Positions 1-10,004 of a stretch of 64,000 nt of DNA are shown here, piece by piece (within the stretch, counting starts at the first letter, position 1; each line of letters starts with the position of its first letter). The translations under genes were made by a program, and so were the position numbers. The stretch is from NCBI GenBank assembly GCA_964399985.1, contig CAYNRY010000001.1, positions 1,054,027 to 1,118,026 on the forward strand. The letters are read 5' to 3'. Under the pieces are notes generated by a model. It was given only the letters and a program-made list of their open reading frames with translations. It was not told where the DNA came from and did not search any database. This DNA comes from an uncultured Micavibrio sp. (GTDB lineage Bacteria; Pseudomonadota; Alphaproteobacteria; Micavibrionales; Micavibrionaceae).

Positions 1-328
1 GATCGGAATTAATCGTTTCGATCACCGCATTCTTGGCTTCGCCTTCAGCTATATATAGAGCCGAAATCTGCCCGGTCAATTCATGGACCTTACGGCACGC
101 TTCCCAAATCTGCTTCTCGGCCTTCTCACGCAGTTCTTTGCGCAGCATCGCCTCGATATTCCCCCAGTCTTGAAATTCTTCCATATCGATGATCTGAAGA
201 AGCGCAACATGTCCGCGGCGGTTTTCTGCCATACGGGCGGCATAGCGCAAAGCCAGCTCAAATTCCGGCGTTTCGTCAATTACAACGAGATAAACCCCGC
301 CATCACCCTTACGAACTTTGTATTCCAT
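1..328 (-). CDS. Universal stress protein (UspA) family, partial; the 3' end lies beyond the window start
   Basis: Absent from the ORF track because it runs off the edge. Minus-strand ATG at 328 is preceded by GGAGAT and the frame is open to nt 1. Hand translation: MEYKVRKGDGGVYLVVIDETPEFELALRYAARMAENRRGHVALLQIID...GEAKNAVIETINSD, a Usp-like beta-alpha start. It begins 11 nt after the upstream gene's stop. Confidence 0.55.
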   Translation of the reverse strand, partial: MEYKVRKGDGGVYLVVIDETPEFELALRYAARMAENRRGHVALLQIIDMEEFQDWGNIEAMLRKELREKAEKQIWEACRKVHELTGQISALYIAEGEAKNAVIETINSD

Positions 329-339
329 TGAATATCTCC

Positions 340-1089
340 TTATGCACGCTGGCTTCTGGACATCCAGAAAGCCGTAAAGCCTGCCATCATGGCTAAAAAC
401 AAACCCAGTAACGCATAGGCAAAACTATGATCGGCCGCGAAGTTTAGAACTTCACCTGATAAACCCGTCTGCGCAACCTCCAGATTGATCGTACGGCTGT
501 CGACAAATGCACCATCCTTGAACAAGTAGCCAACAACAGAAAATTGTCCGACTGGAACATCCGATGGCAAATAGAAAGTTGCCTTAAATAAACGTTGGCC
601 TATAAAACGGATTGGCATTGGCGTTAACGGAAACAGCCCCTTCGCCTGCTGGGTACGAACCAAGGCTTCCTGAAACTCGGCAATTCCGGCCTTGTCATCA
701 TATTTGGCAGCATCGAATTCCAATGCATTCAAACCGATGCCATAATTTTTTAAAGTCTGCGCATCGGCAATCCCGCCCTCAGAACGAGTGACCGCATAGC
801 TATAAAATAATGGCACGTTCTTAAAATCCACCGACTCCCGGTTTAACCACATGCCCAAAGACGGCTCTTTCTTGCGCATGACGATACGGGTTTGTGGTCC
901 ACGCAATACAATCGCGATATCGCCGTCCTGATCGGCTGTACCGAATACCGTAACCTTCTCGCCGCTAAAACTACTCGTAATATCGATACGGTCATCTGCC
1001 AAATCGATTACAATATTACCTGCATTCTGGGCTTTTGCCACGGGCGGTAAAATCAGGAAAAAAAGGAATAGCAGGAAATATCTCATCAT
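340..1089 (-). CDS. Alphaproteobacterial membrane protein resembling the TIGR02186 family (signal peptide plus C-terminal TM helix), function unknown
   Basis: 249 aa. N-terminal signal peptide MMRYFLLFLFFLILPPVAKA, C-terminal TM YALLGLFLAMMAGFTAFW. ATGA overlap with the upstream TauE-like gene. Confidence 0.65.
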   Translation of the reverse strand: MMRYFLLFLFFLILPPVAKAQNAGNIVIDLADDRIDITSSFSGEKVTVFGTADQDGDIAIVLRGPQTRIVMRKKEPSLGMWLNRESVDFKNVPLFYSYAVTRSEGGIADAQTLKNYGIGLNALEFDAAKYDDKAGIAEFQEALVRTQQAKGLFPLTPMPIRFIGQRLFKATFYLPSDVPVGQFSVVGYLFKDGAFVDSRTINLEVAQTGLSGEVLNFAADHSFAYALLGLFLAMMAGFTAFWMSRSQRA

Positions 1090-1994
1090 CTCTCCTGCAT
1101 CGAAAAAAGTTCATAAGGTGGGATGAATAAATCAGACGACAGTTTTCCCGCAACAATAATCAACATAGCCGCCAGCATTAGCCGAGCAGGCGCACCGCGA
1201 ATATGCTTTGCTGCTCTCACCCCAATTTGCGATCCGATAATCCCGCCGACGATTAAAAGAACCGCAAGCACCAGATCAACCGTATGGTTGGCGACCGCAT
1301 GTAAAATCGTTGAAAAAATTGTCGTGAACATAATCTGAAATAAAGAAGTACCCGCCACCATGATGGTTGACATGCCCAGAATATAAATCATTGCAGGAAC
1401 CATAAAGAACCCGCCGCCAACCCCCATCAAGGATGTAATCAAACCGCCTAAAAATCCGATCCCCGCCGGCAGGCATGCACTGATATACATTTTAGATTTC
1501 GGGAAGTGCATTTTATACGGCAATCGTTCGCCAAGCATGACCCAGAATTTAGACCGCCCCTTCTCTGTTGGACTTTTCTTCAATAAGGCATAAACACTTT
1601 CTATCAGCATCATCGTGCCGATGCTGCCGAGCAAAATAATATAAAGAATATTAATCGCCGCATCGATCTGTCCCATATGCTGGAGAATTTTAAAGAGACC
1701 AATCCCGATCAGCGAGCCGACGACACTTCCGCCCAACATGGTAAGCCCCAGCTTGATATCGATATTCCCGCGGCTCCAATGGATCAATGATCCTGATACA
1801 GACGACGCCACCAATTGATTGGCCTGCGTTCCGACGGAAATCGATGGCGGCACGCCTAGGAAAATTAAAAAAGGAGTAGTCAAAAAACCACCCCCAACCC
1901 CAAAGACCGACGTAAAAAAGCCCGCAACCATACCGAGGACTAAAATAGCCTCAACAGGAACGGTCATTTCAGCGATGGGAAGGTAAATTTGCAT
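1086..1994 (-). CDS. TauE/SafE family sulfite/anion exporter-like permease
   Basis: 302 aa polytopic membrane protein with two Gly-rich repeats (GVGGGFLTTPFL and GVGGGFFMVPAM) typical of the TauE/SafE family. Confidence 0.8.
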   Translation of the reverse strand: MQIYLPIAEMTVPVEAILVLGMVAGFFTSVFGVGGGFLTTPFLIFLGVPPSISVGTQANQLVASSVSGSLIHWSRGNIDIKLGLTMLGGSVVGSLIGIGLFKILQHMGQIDAAINILYIILLGSIGTMMLIESVYALLKKSPTEKGRSKFWVMLGERLPYKMHFPKSKMYISACLPAGIGFLGGLITSLMGVGGGFFMVPAMIYILGMSTIMVAGTSLFQIMFTTIFSTILHAVANHTVDLVLAVLLIVGGIIGSQIGVRAAKHIRGAPARLMLAAMLIIVAGKLSSDLFIPPYELFSMQER

Positions 1995-2064
1995 GAATTA
2001 GTATACAGTTTTCAGTGAAGGATGCCTTATTCTAAACCGACCACTGATCAGTGTCTACTCCCCA

Positions 2065-2718
2065 CTAGTACCTACCGGTACTAACTCCGTTCTTGTCTTT
2101 AAACTCGAGCGTTCCGCCATTGATAAAGTTTCTGGGATGATTGCCTATCGTAAGCTCATGATAGGCTTTTTTCATGTCTATGGTTTTCATGAAGCTTAGA
2201 AACGCCGTTGCATATTTCTGATATGAATCCTGCTTTGCCGAACATTGCGCAACATAAGTCTTATCGTAATAATTTGATACCGACATAATCGCCGCGCGGT
2301 TTTCGAACGGCTCATCCGGCGGGGTTGTATAGGTAATCATCTGCGTCGAAGCATATCCCTTGCCGAGGCCCGTTTCATCGCCATAGCCTAATATCTGCAC
2401 ATTGTTATATGTTGCGTTATAATCTTTCCAGTAATCCTTGGAAAACGCCACGCGCTGCACTTCGTCGCGCAAATGCTGCGGATAGATGATAAATCTTTTA
2501 TCGAGATCGGCACGGATAAAACAACGAGCATTGTCGTCACCTGACGGCAGCGCGACACTCAAGACGTCATCCGGCTGCTTGTTGGAAATAATCTTCCAGC
2601 TATCGGGAAAAGATGCGCTCAATCCCGTTTTCTCATCCGCCCAGACGAAATAATCGGCATGCGCGATTTTTGTAAATGTCAGTAAAGATAAAACTGTTAG
2701 AAATAAAAATCTGCTCAT
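2065..2718 (-). CDS. Secreted hypothetical protein
   Basis: 217 aa, signal peptide MSRFLFLTVLSLLTFTKIAHA. No motif recognised. Confidence 0.65.
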   Translation of the reverse strand: MSRFLFLTVLSLLTFTKIAHADYFVWADEKTGLSASFPDSWKIISNKQPDDVLSVALPSGDDNARCFIRADLDKRFIIYPQHLRDEVQRVAFSKDYWKDYNATYNNVQILGYGDETGLGKGYASTQMITYTTPPDEPFENRAAIMSVSNYYDKTYVAQCSAKQDSYQKYATAFLSFMKTIDMKKAYHELTIGNHPRNFINGGTLEFKDKNGVSTGRY

Positions 2719-2721
2719 CGT

Positions 2722-2745
2722 GTCATTCCCGCATAGGCGGCAATC
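2722..2745. repeat. Solo half-copy of the double-hairpin palindromic element family
   Basis: GTCATTCCCGCATAGGCGGCAATC: GTCAT terminus plus an imperfect hairpin, as in the full copies listed below. Confidence 0.45.
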
Positions 2746-2846
2746 TCCCTAAATTCCGTCGGACTATATATAATCCATAATTAAGCTGGGCGAAAGTCCA
2801 TAAAAACTCTCTGTGAACACTATGTCCGCTGTGATAAATAAAATCC

Positions 2847-3968
2847 ATGACCAATCCCTTATCCCGCTATCTCGACAATCTTCAGGGCGAAATCGACGCC
2901 TCAGCCATGTATAAGGCTATGGCAGAGCAGGAAGAGACCCATGCCACCTCCTCCGTTTATCTGAAACTGGCAGCCATCGAAGACAAACACGCCGCTTTCT
3001 GGCGTGAACAGGTGATCAAGGCCGGCGGCAATCCCGATAAAATAAAAGTCTCTCCCCGTACCCGCTTTATGATCTGGCTGGGGCTAAAAATGGGTTCAAG
3101 CTTTATCCTACCGAGCCTTGCTACGATTGAATCAAAAGACAGCAATAAATATTTTGGGCAAAATGAAGTTTGCCGCAGCGCTATGCCGCGCGAGGAAAAA
3201 TCCCACGCCTTGATTTTGCGCGCTTTGTCCAAAAAAACCAAGTTCGGCATGCCTGGGGCAGATGTCGCCAAGCTCGAAAAACGCCATTTCCTTGGAGGAA
3301 ACGAGCTTCGCGCTGCCGTTCTCGGCGCAAATGACGGGCTTGTGTCCAATCTCTCCCTCGTTATGGGCGTGGCCGGCGCGGCTGTCGCTTCCCAGACAAT
3401 TCTTCTTACAGGCCTTGCCGGATTGGTCGCAGGGGCGTGCTCAATGGCAATGGGTGAATGGCTCTCGGTGAACTCTTCGCGCGAACTTCATCAGAAACAG
3501 ATCGATAAAGAAAAAAGCGAGCTGGAAGAAAATCCGGAAGAAGAAAAACAAGAATTGATTCTAATCTATCAGGCCAAGGGCCTTACGGAAGAGCATGCTA
3601 CCGAACTTGCCAACCGCCTGATGTCGGACCCTGATCGCGCTCTCGATACGCTGGTCCGAGAAGAACTTGGCATCGATCCGGACGAACTGGGCGGCTCTGC
3701 ATGGACTGCCGCGATCTCGTCTTTTTTCCTTTTTGCCATCGGCGCAATTTTTCCTGTTGCTCCCTTTATGTTTTTAGAAGGGCATGAAGCCGTTATTACA
3801 TCCTTGCTCGTCAGTGGCCTTGGGCTTTTAATTATCGGCATGGGAACGGCGCTGTTTACCGGACGCGGCTTTGGGTTCTCCGGTCTTCGTCAACTCTTGA
3901 TCGGCTATGCCGCAGCAGCGCTAACATTTACTGTCGGGCGCATTTTCGGCGTATCGATCACAGGTTAA
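2847..3968 (+). CDS. mbfA: Membrane-bound ferritin-like / VIT1 (CCC1) family iron exporter, MbfA-type
   Basis: 373 aa. N-terminal ferritin/erythrin-like region (EIDASAMYKAMAEQEE, IEDKHAAFW) is fused to a C-terminal VIT1 region (LRAAVLGANDGLVSNLSLVMGVAGA, 5 TM helices). Confidence 0.8.
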   Translation: MTNPLSRYLDNLQGEIDASAMYKAMAEQEETHATSSVYLKLAAIEDKHAAFWREQVIKAGGNPDKIKVSPRTRFMIWLGLKMGSSFILPSLATIESKDSNKYFGQNEVCRSAMPREEKSHALILRALSKKTKFGMPGADVAKLEKRHFLGGNELRAAVLGANDGLVSNLSLVMGVAGAAVASQTILLTGLAGLVAGACSMAMGEWLSVNSSRELHQKQIDKEKSELEENPEEEKQELILIYQAKGLTEEHATELANRLMSDPDRALDTLVREELGIDPDELGGSAWTAAISSFFLFAIGAIFPVAPFMFLEGHEAVITSLLVSGLGLLIIGMGTALFTGRGFGFSGLRQLLIGYAAAALTFTVGRIFGVSITG

Positions 3969-5243
3969 TTATTCAGGCATAGCGCTCTTCGGCGGTGGCG
4001 TGACACGCACCAGCGTGATCTGGTTTCTGTGCCTGCGCACCACATCGAATTTGAATTTATGAAACATGAAACTTTGCCCTACATCGGGCAGCTTTCTTGC
4101 CTCGTACAGGACTAGGCCGGCAATTGTTGAATAATCGGCATCGGGTAAATCCCATTCAAACTCCCGCTTGATATCGCGGATTGTGACTGTCCCGTTGACG
4201 AGATACGTCCCGTTCGGCTGCTTCTTCACGCCGGGCATGCTCATATCATGCTCGTCATCAATATCACCGACGATATCTTCCAGAATATCTTCGAGCGTGA
4301 CAACACCCATGAAGCTGCCATATTCGTCGATTACGAAAGCAAAATGCTCCCCGCGTTCGCGGAACGCCTGCAATTGATCGAACAACGTCGTCGTGTTCGG
4401 TACAAACCACGGCTCCGCCGCGATATCCTCGATTCTGATCTTTGAATAATCGTTATTGGCGGTTTTCAACTCTCGCAGCAGCCATTTCACATGGATCAAA
4501 CCAATAATGTTATCCGGCTTATCTTTCCAAACCGGCATGCGCGTATAGGGACTGTTTAGAACCTCGTCAATAATTTCTTCTGCGTCAGTTGCCGCATCAA
4601 TCATGGCAACATTTTTGCGATGAATCATGACTTCTTCAATCGTAACATCAGCCAAATCCATAACGGATTTTAACATCGCCCGCTGTTTCTGCGTTTCCTC
4701 TTCAGGCCCGCGATGCATCTCGATCGCGCCGCGCAAGACTTCCATCTGGGCTTCTTCATCGATCTGGCTTAAGTCGACACGAAAAAACTTCAGTGTCGTG
4801 TGTACGATAGATGAAATCAATTGCGTAATCGGGGAGAATAAGATGATGATCACGCGCATGACCGGCGCCATAAACATGGCCATATTATCCGGCCTGTGCA
4901 GCGCCAATGTCTTCGGCAAAACTTCCGCGAAGATCAGGATAAGTACTGTCATGACGCCCGTGGCATAGAAAACACCAGCTTCGCCGAACATGCCGATCAA
5001 TACATTCGTCATAATGGCCGAGGCCAGAATATTAATAAGGTTATTACCTAGCAGCATCGCCCCAATCATTCGGTCTTTGCGCATCAGGATTTTATTGACC
5101 ATCTTGGCAAGACGGTTGCCGTTCTTTTCCGCGGCCAGCATGCGCGGCTCGGATACGGCTGTCATCGATGTTTCCCCCGCCGAGAAGAATGCCGATAAGA
5201 ACAACAGGAATAAAACGATTAGAGTTGAAATCAGTAATGTCAT
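3969..5243 (-). CDS. HlyC/CorC family transporter (DUF21-CBS pair-CorC_HlyC; TlyC-like)
   Basis: 424 aa. N-terminal 4-TM DUF21 (FFSAGETSMTAVS), CBS pair, C-terminal transporter-associated domain. Start overlaps the aroB stop by 4 nt. Confidence 0.85.
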   Translation of the reverse strand: MTLLISTLIVLFLLFLSAFFSAGETSMTAVSEPRMLAAEKNGNRLAKMVNKILMRKDRMIGAMLLGNNLINILASAIMTNVLIGMFGEAGVFYATGVMTVLILIFAEVLPKTLALHRPDNMAMFMAPVMRVIIILFSPITQLISSIVHTTLKFFRVDLSQIDEEAQMEVLRGAIEMHRGPEEETQKQRAMLKSVMDLADVTIEEVMIHRKNVAMIDAATDAEEIIDEVLNSPYTRMPVWKDKPDNIIGLIHVKWLLRELKTANNDYSKIRIEDIAAEPWFVPNTTTLFDQLQAFRERGEHFAFVIDEYGSFMGVVTLEDILEDIVGDIDDEHDMSMPGVKKQPNGTYLVNGTVTIRDIKREFEWDLPDADYSTIAGLVLYEARKLPDVGQSFMFHKFKFDVVRRHRNQITLVRVTPPPKSAMPE

Positions 5244-6346
5244 GCGAGCGACTCTTTCAAAACTTCGAGAACTTTTTCTTCCGGCACTTCACTATCAAGC
5301 TTGGCGCGTCCCAGTTTATTTAACAGGACGAAAACAAGGCCAGCCGAGCTTGCCTTTTTATCCTTACGCATCAGTTCGAGTAATTGCTCCGCATTCGCGT
5401 CGATATCGGGAATATCTTTTATCTCGCTCATCATGTCGACAGAGATTAAATGAGACTTCACCCTTTTGGCATCGGCATCAGAAATATAACCGAGCTTTGC
5501 GGATAATCGCGCCGCGAGGACAAGGCCTATTCCGACCGCTTCGCCGTGTAATAACCTGCCGTCATATTGACAATAGGTTTCCAGCGCATGAGCAAATGTG
5601 TGACCAAGATTGAGAAGCGCTCGCAAACCCGTTTCCTCGAACTCGTCCTGCCGGACAATCTCGGCTTTCATCGAACAACTCGTTTCAATTGCATATACCA
5701 GCGCATCATCATCACCGGCGATAACTTTGGGACCATTTTTTTCTAGCCATTCGAAAAAGCGGCTATTACCTAAAAGTCCATATTTTACGATTTCAGCATA
5801 CCCGGCTTTCATTTCGCGAACAGGCAACGTCTTTAAAGTTGACGTGTCAATCACAACAACTTGCGGCTGGTAAAACGCGCCGATTAAATTTTTGCCTTGC
5901 TTGGAATTGATCCCTGTCTTACCGCCAACCGAACTATCAACTTGTGATAAAAGTGTTGTTGGCATCTGGATAAACTTGACGCCGCGCATGGCGGTGGCTG
6001 ATACAAAACCAGCCAGATCGCCTACAACGCCGCCGCCCAGCGCTATAACCAGAGAATGGCGGTTCAGACCGTTGCCGATCATCCATTCAAGAATGGTTTC
6101 GTATTCAGTAAATGATTTGCTTTTCTCTCCTGCCGGAACCTTACAGACGACGGATTCAATGGGTAGAATAACTTGCAAACGCTGCGCATATAAATCAGCG
6201 GTATTTTCGTCCGTAATAATGAAAGCCTTTTGCGCTTTCGTTTCTGGCCACCACATATCGCTTTTATGAAGGATGTTCGCGCCGATATAAATCGGGTAAG
6301 AGCGCTCGCTAAGCTTGACATCGAGCTTTTTAAAATCAAATTTCAT
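5240..6346 (-). CDS. aroB: 3-dehydroquinate synthase
   Basis: 368 aa. Motifs ALGGGVVGDLAGFVSATAMRGV, PTTLLSQVDSSVGGKTGIN, LNLGHTFAHALE. Confidence 0.92.
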   Translation of the reverse strand: MKFDFKKLDVKLSERSYPIYIGANILHKSDMWWPETKAQKAFIITDENTADLYAQRLQVILPIESVVCKVPAGEKSKSFTEYETILEWMIGNGLNRHSLVIALGGGVVGDLAGFVSATAMRGVKFIQMPTTLLSQVDSSVGGKTGINSKQGKNLIGAFYQPQVVVIDTSTLKTLPVREMKAGYAEIVKYGLLGNSRFFEWLEKNGPKVIAGDDDALVYAIETSCSMKAEIVRQDEFEETGLRALLNLGHTFAHALETYCQYDGRLLHGEAVGIGLVLAARLSAKLGYISDADAKRVKSHLISVDMMSEIKDIPDIDANAEQLLELMRKDKKASSAGLVFVLLNKLGRAKLDSEVPEEKVLEVLKESLA

Positions 6347-6905
6347 CGGGATTTTGTATCAGATAATCGTAAATCTGTCCTATGGCTTTATTCGCTACGA
6401 TATTGATATCCGCTGAACCGTCGAGATGCAAATCGGCGCGTTGATAAAGATGACGTCTTTGCTCCATGCGTTCTGATAACGCCTCTTCAACATCCCGCCC
6501 GGCCAACAAAGGTCGTGCGCCGTTTCCTACGGTTCTTTTAGCCAGCATTTTGATGGGCGCGTCGATCCAGATAGAGAGCGCCCGCGTAAATATGCTATCT
6601 GCCGTATCCGGTGCGGTAACCGCCCCGCCGCCAACAGACAGAATTTTGCGGCCTGAACCGAGAAGTACGGCGATCTTATCTTTTTCCAGCGCACGAAAAA
6701 CAGCCTCGCCTTTTAATTCGAAGATTTCCTTAACCGAAACCCCCTGCTCTTTTTCCACTTCCATGTCGGAATCAATGAAATCCCAGCCGAGTTTTTCAGC
6801 CAATTTTCGTCCGAGGGTGGTTTTACCGGCCCCCATCATGCCTATAATGACCACCGGCTTTGAAAGATGGTCGTTTATGTGTTGAATTTGATCGTTCATT
6901 TCCAT
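6336..6905 (-). CDS. aroK: Shikimate kinase
   Basis: 189 aa. Walker A IIGMMGAGKTTLGRKLA, DSD motif, GGGAV. 11-nt overlap with aroB. Confidence 0.9.
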   Translation of the reverse strand: MEMNDQIQHINDHLSKPVVIIGMMGAGKTTLGRKLAEKLGWDFIDSDMEVEKEQGVSVKEIFELKGEAVFRALEKDKIAVLLGSGRKILSVGGGAVTAPDTADSIFTRALSIWIDAPIKMLAKRTVGNGARPLLAGRDVEEALSERMEQRRHLYQRADLHLDGSADINIVANKAIGQIYDYLIQNPDEI

Positions 6906-7027
6906 GCTCGGCCTTCATACAACGTCTTAAATACCGGGGGAAGTTTTATGTATGCGTCCCATACCCTGTTGCATTTCCCTATTTCGTTTAATAGTTTCAT
7001 CGCAGTTATACGTTAAAGGACATAGCA

Positions 7028-7162
7028 ATGAAAATCTTTGGAATTCTGACCCTTATTCTAATCGCTCTCGTCGTCGGCAGCTTCGCCTATGTCGCCAGCA
7101 CGGATATACCCGTTACACAAACGACAGTGACCCGCGACCTTTCAGCAGACCAGTTGAAATAA
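7028..7162 (+). CDS. Small (44 aa) single-pass membrane protein, hypothetical
   Basis: Hand-found ORF MKIFGILTLILIALVVGSFAYVASTDIPVTQTTVTRDLSADQLK with AAGGA 7 nt upstream. It fits better than the track ORF 6952..7167, which is in another frame. Confidence 0.35.
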   Translation: MKIFGILTLILIALVVGSFAYVASTDIPVTQTTVTRDLSADQLK

Positions 7163-7163
7163 G

Positions 7164-8900
7164 ATGAATAGCAAGATTATCTCCTGCCTCCTGGCCAGCG
7201 CCTTTTTTATTCAGCCCGCTTTTGCAGAATCACAACCCGCGCCCACGCCATCTGCGCCGCCAGCCGTTGTCCATAGCCCGATACTGCCGGTTAAGATCAA
7301 ACCTCGCCAAAGCGGTGCGGATTCGATCTCCAAGGCCGCTGCGGATATCGAACAGGAAAATACCGTTAATCTTAATTCTCTAGGCCTTTATGCCAGGATA
7401 TCTGATGGTGGCCTCGGCTCCGATATCTGGAAAGATTATACAGGAAAGGCTTTGGCATCAGATTTAGGCATGCTGAATGTCAATATTTCATCGCCTACTA
7501 TGCGCGGCCTTTTATTGCGAGCTCTGTTGACCGCACCGGATGCAGAAAATCTTGCCGATGACAAAGCAAATGAAGCTTTTTCCTCGCGTATTACGACATT
7601 AGTCGATCTTGGCGCATTCGATGAAACCGTTGTTTTGTATAAAAAACTGGAAGGCAATATCCCATCGGGCAAAGCCGCTCTGGCAGGTACAGAGGCCATG
7701 GTCAGCATGGGGCAGATGGGCCTTGCCTGTCTGGAAGAAAAGGCCTTGTCCGATGATTTAAAACAGACTTCATCGACCAGCTTCTGGCCTGACCTGAACA
7801 AGTTCTGTAATATCTTGCTGACAACAGATAGTACCGGAAACGAATCTGAATCCTTTGCCAAGACATCGTCTTTGTTTACGAGCGCGAAACAGATTAAATC
7901 CCCTGCCAGCCTTTCCGAATTAAACGGTAAGTCGGTTATAGAAATTTTATCGGCAAACAAGGCTGGTTTAATTTCCAAAAGTCTATTTACGCCTGACAAT
8001 GTAAAACCGCTAAAACCACAGATTATTTCGTTGCTATTGAAGCAATCACCGACAGATCAGGCTGAAAAACTAAGCTTGCTGGCAGCGGCGGCTGAAAAGG
8101 GCATGGTTCCGGCAACCGATTTCATTAATGAGTTTGTTACCCAAAGCGCCTCTTCGCTTCCTAACCAAACTGGTTACTGGCCTGTAGTGCTTAATTTATA
8201 TAATAAGGTAAAAGCATCTCCGGCAGATAATACGGCATTAAAAGAAGTTTTGAAGATTATGCCTAATTCCGGCAATGCGGCTTTGCTTCCTTTTGCCGCC
8301 TCTTTCGGTTCTTTGAAAAATGTCGATGCTTTTTCGACCGAAGAAGCCCGCGAAGTTGTAAGCCTCCTTATAAGAGCGAGAATCAATGTCTCTGGACCAT
8401 GGTTTTCGAAGGCTTTTGACAAGCCAGAGGCACAATCTAAAGAATCAATGACCGATATGGATGTGATTTCAGCACTGGGAGCTTCTTCCAATACAGATCA
8501 GGATAAAAAGTCTTCAGAATCGGCCAAATTGAAGGAAAACCCTGAAAACGCTCAATTTTATGCTCTTTCTCTAATATTGAAGAATGAGGAAGCTGGGGGT
8601 AAAATTAACGAAAAGTCTTATGAAAATGTTTTTAGCTTGACAGGGTCTACCGATTATGTAATGCCTTCTAAGGAATTAATGAATAACCTTATTCAGGCCG
8701 TTGCAAAGCAAGATACTGGAAAAGTTATCATTTATTCGCTTCAGATACTGAATGGACAGAGGATTTCACAGATTCATCCTCTTGCCCTAATCAGAATCAG
8801 CGAAGGTCTACAGTCTGTGGGGTTGAGTGAAGAGAATAGAAGTCTAGCACATGAAGTGCTGGCGGATTTGATTGAAACTAAGAACGAGAAGAAAATATAG
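7164..8900 (+). CDS. Large secreted hypothetical protein
   Basis: 578 aa, signal peptide MNSKIISCLLASAFFIQPAFA followed by a Pro-rich stretch. No catalytic motif recognised. Confidence 0.7.
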   Translation: MNSKIISCLLASAFFIQPAFAESQPAPTPSAPPAVVHSPILPVKIKPRQSGADSISKAAADIEQENTVNLNSLGLYARISDGGLGSDIWKDYTGKALASDLGMLNVNISSPTMRGLLLRALLTAPDAENLADDKANEAFSSRITTLVDLGAFDETVVLYKKLEGNIPSGKAALAGTEAMVSMGQMGLACLEEKALSDDLKQTSSTSFWPDLNKFCNILLTTDSTGNESESFAKTSSLFTSAKQIKSPASLSELNGKSVIEILSANKAGLISKSLFTPDNVKPLKPQIISLLLKQSPTDQAEKLSLLAAAAEKGMVPATDFINEFVTQSASSLPNQTGYWPVVLNLYNKVKASPADNTALKEVLKIMPNSGNAALLPFAASFGSLKNVDAFSTEEAREVVSLLIRARINVSGPWFSKAFDKPEAQSKESMTDMDVISALGASSNTDQDKKSSESAKLKENPENAQFYALSLILKNEEAGGKINEKSYENVFSLTGSTDYVMPSKELMNNLIQAVAKQDTGKVIIYSLQILNGQRISQIHPLALIRISEGLQSVGLSEENRSLAHEVLADLIETKNEKKI

Positions 8901-8910
8901 GAGAATTATT

Positions 8911-9897
8911 ATGGCACGTCCAGGTCGTCCGGCAATGCCGAAGCCAACACTTTCTAAATGGGTAGATTCCTTTCTGGATATGCTCACCACAGAACGTGGC
9001 GCAGCATTGAACACACGTCATGCCTACTGGCGTGACCTTGCTGATGTCAGCCTCTTTATCCGCGGAACCCGCAAAAAAGAGATCGAGAACGCGACAGCGG
9101 ATGATCTGAAATCTTACTTGGCCGACCTCGCTGGTAAAATCCATGTAAAAGGCCAGAACAAGAACCAGATAGCCGTTCGCACAGTTGCGCGTCGTCTCTC
9201 TGCCCTTCGCCAGTTCTACCGTTACCTCGTTTCCGAAAACGTCCGTCAGGATGATCCGACATCTGCGATTGAATCACCGAAACAAACCCGCACTCTCCCA
9301 AAGACATTGGCTGAGAGCGAAGTCGACGCCTTGATCAAATCCGCAAGCGAACAAGGCGGAGCGGAAAGCGTACGTCTGGTATGTCTTCTCGAAATGCTAT
9401 ATGCGACAGGCCTTCGCGTTTCCGAACTCGTAGGTTTGCCAATGGCTGCAATTTCCGAAGGAAACCAATTCATTATGGTCGAAGGTAAAGGCGGACGTGA
9501 GCGTATGGTTCCCTTGTCCGACTCTGCTCAAAAGGCTGTGGCTCGTTATCTCGAGCTTCGCAATCAATTCGTATCCGGCGAAAACATGGCAAACCAGTCC
9601 AAATGGTTGTTCCCATCCCGTACATCGGATAGCGGTCACTTGACACGTCAACGTTTTGCCCAGCTCTTAAAAGATCTGGCACGCGCTGCAAAAATCGACG
9701 AAGAACGCGTATCTCCGCATATTCTGCGCCACGCTTTCGCAACTCACCTTCTTTCCAACGGTGCGGACCTTCGCGCTGTCCAGAAGATGCTGGGTCATGC
9801 CGATATCGCGACGACACAAATCTACACACATATTCTTGGCAAGAAGCTCAAGAAAACCGTCGAGGAAAAACATCCTCTCGGCAAGAAAACAGCTTAA
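8911..9897 (+). CDS. xerD: Site-specific tyrosine recombinase XerD
   Basis: C-terminal catalytic motifs LYATGLRVSEL, HILRHAFATHLLSNGADLRAVQKMLGHADIATTQIYTH. Start moved to ATG 8911 (AGGAG 7-8 nt upstream), which avoids overlap with the upstream gene. Confidence 0.9.
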   Translation: MARPGRPAMPKPTLSKWVDSFLDMLTTERGAALNTRHAYWRDLADVSLFIRGTRKKEIENATADDLKSYLADLAGKIHVKGQNKNQIAVRTVARRLSALRQFYRYLVSENVRQDDPTSAIESPKQTRTLPKTLAESEVDALIKSASEQGGAESVRLVCLLEMLYATGLRVSELVGLPMAAISEGNQFIMVEGKGGRERMVPLSDSAQKAVARYLELRNQFVSGENMANQSKWLFPSRTSDSGHLTRQRFAQLLKDLARAAKIDEERVSPHILRHAFATHLLSNGADLRAVQKMLGHADIATTQIYTHILGKKLKKTVEEKHPLGKKTA

Positions 9898-9921
9898 GGC
9901 TCATTTCTCATAAAATATTCA

Positions 9922-9966
9922 AATCAGGCAGGATCCCATTTGTCAGGACCTGCCTGATTTGTTATT
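9922..9966 (+). terminator. Hairpin terminator after xerD
   Basis: AATCAGGCAGG (9922-9932) pairs with CCTGCCTGATT (9949-9959), followed by TTGTTATT. Confidence 0.5.
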
Positions 9967-10004
9967 GTCCCCCACGTTTTCAAACTAACTAAAGGATACT
10001 GATC

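Noticed and set aside
76-331. Track ORFs 76..279(-) and 83..331(+) at the window start
   Set aside because: A third frame on the minus strand (328 to 1) is open to the window edge, has an RBS, and translates to a Usp-like sequence. The two listed ORFs are out-of-frame shadows.
6952-7167. Track ORF 6952..7167(+) as the gene in the aroK to 7164 spacer
   Set aside because: Its translation is Arg/Ser/Cys-rich without structure. A 44-aa ORF in another frame (7028..7162) has an RBS and a clean TM helix. Even that one is kept only at low confidence.
8872-8910. XerD starting at 8872 and overlapping the upstream gene by 29 nt
   Set aside because: ATG 8911 has an AGGAG Shine-Dalgarno sequence at the correct distance. 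The extra 13 residues (MKLRTRRKYRRII) are not XerD-like.
8911-9897. Tyrosine recombinase as a marker of an integrated mobile element or prophage
   Set aside because: The sequence and length are those of housekeeping XerD, with the usual aroK/accA-type core gene context. No att-like repeats, tRNA or phage genes are nearby.
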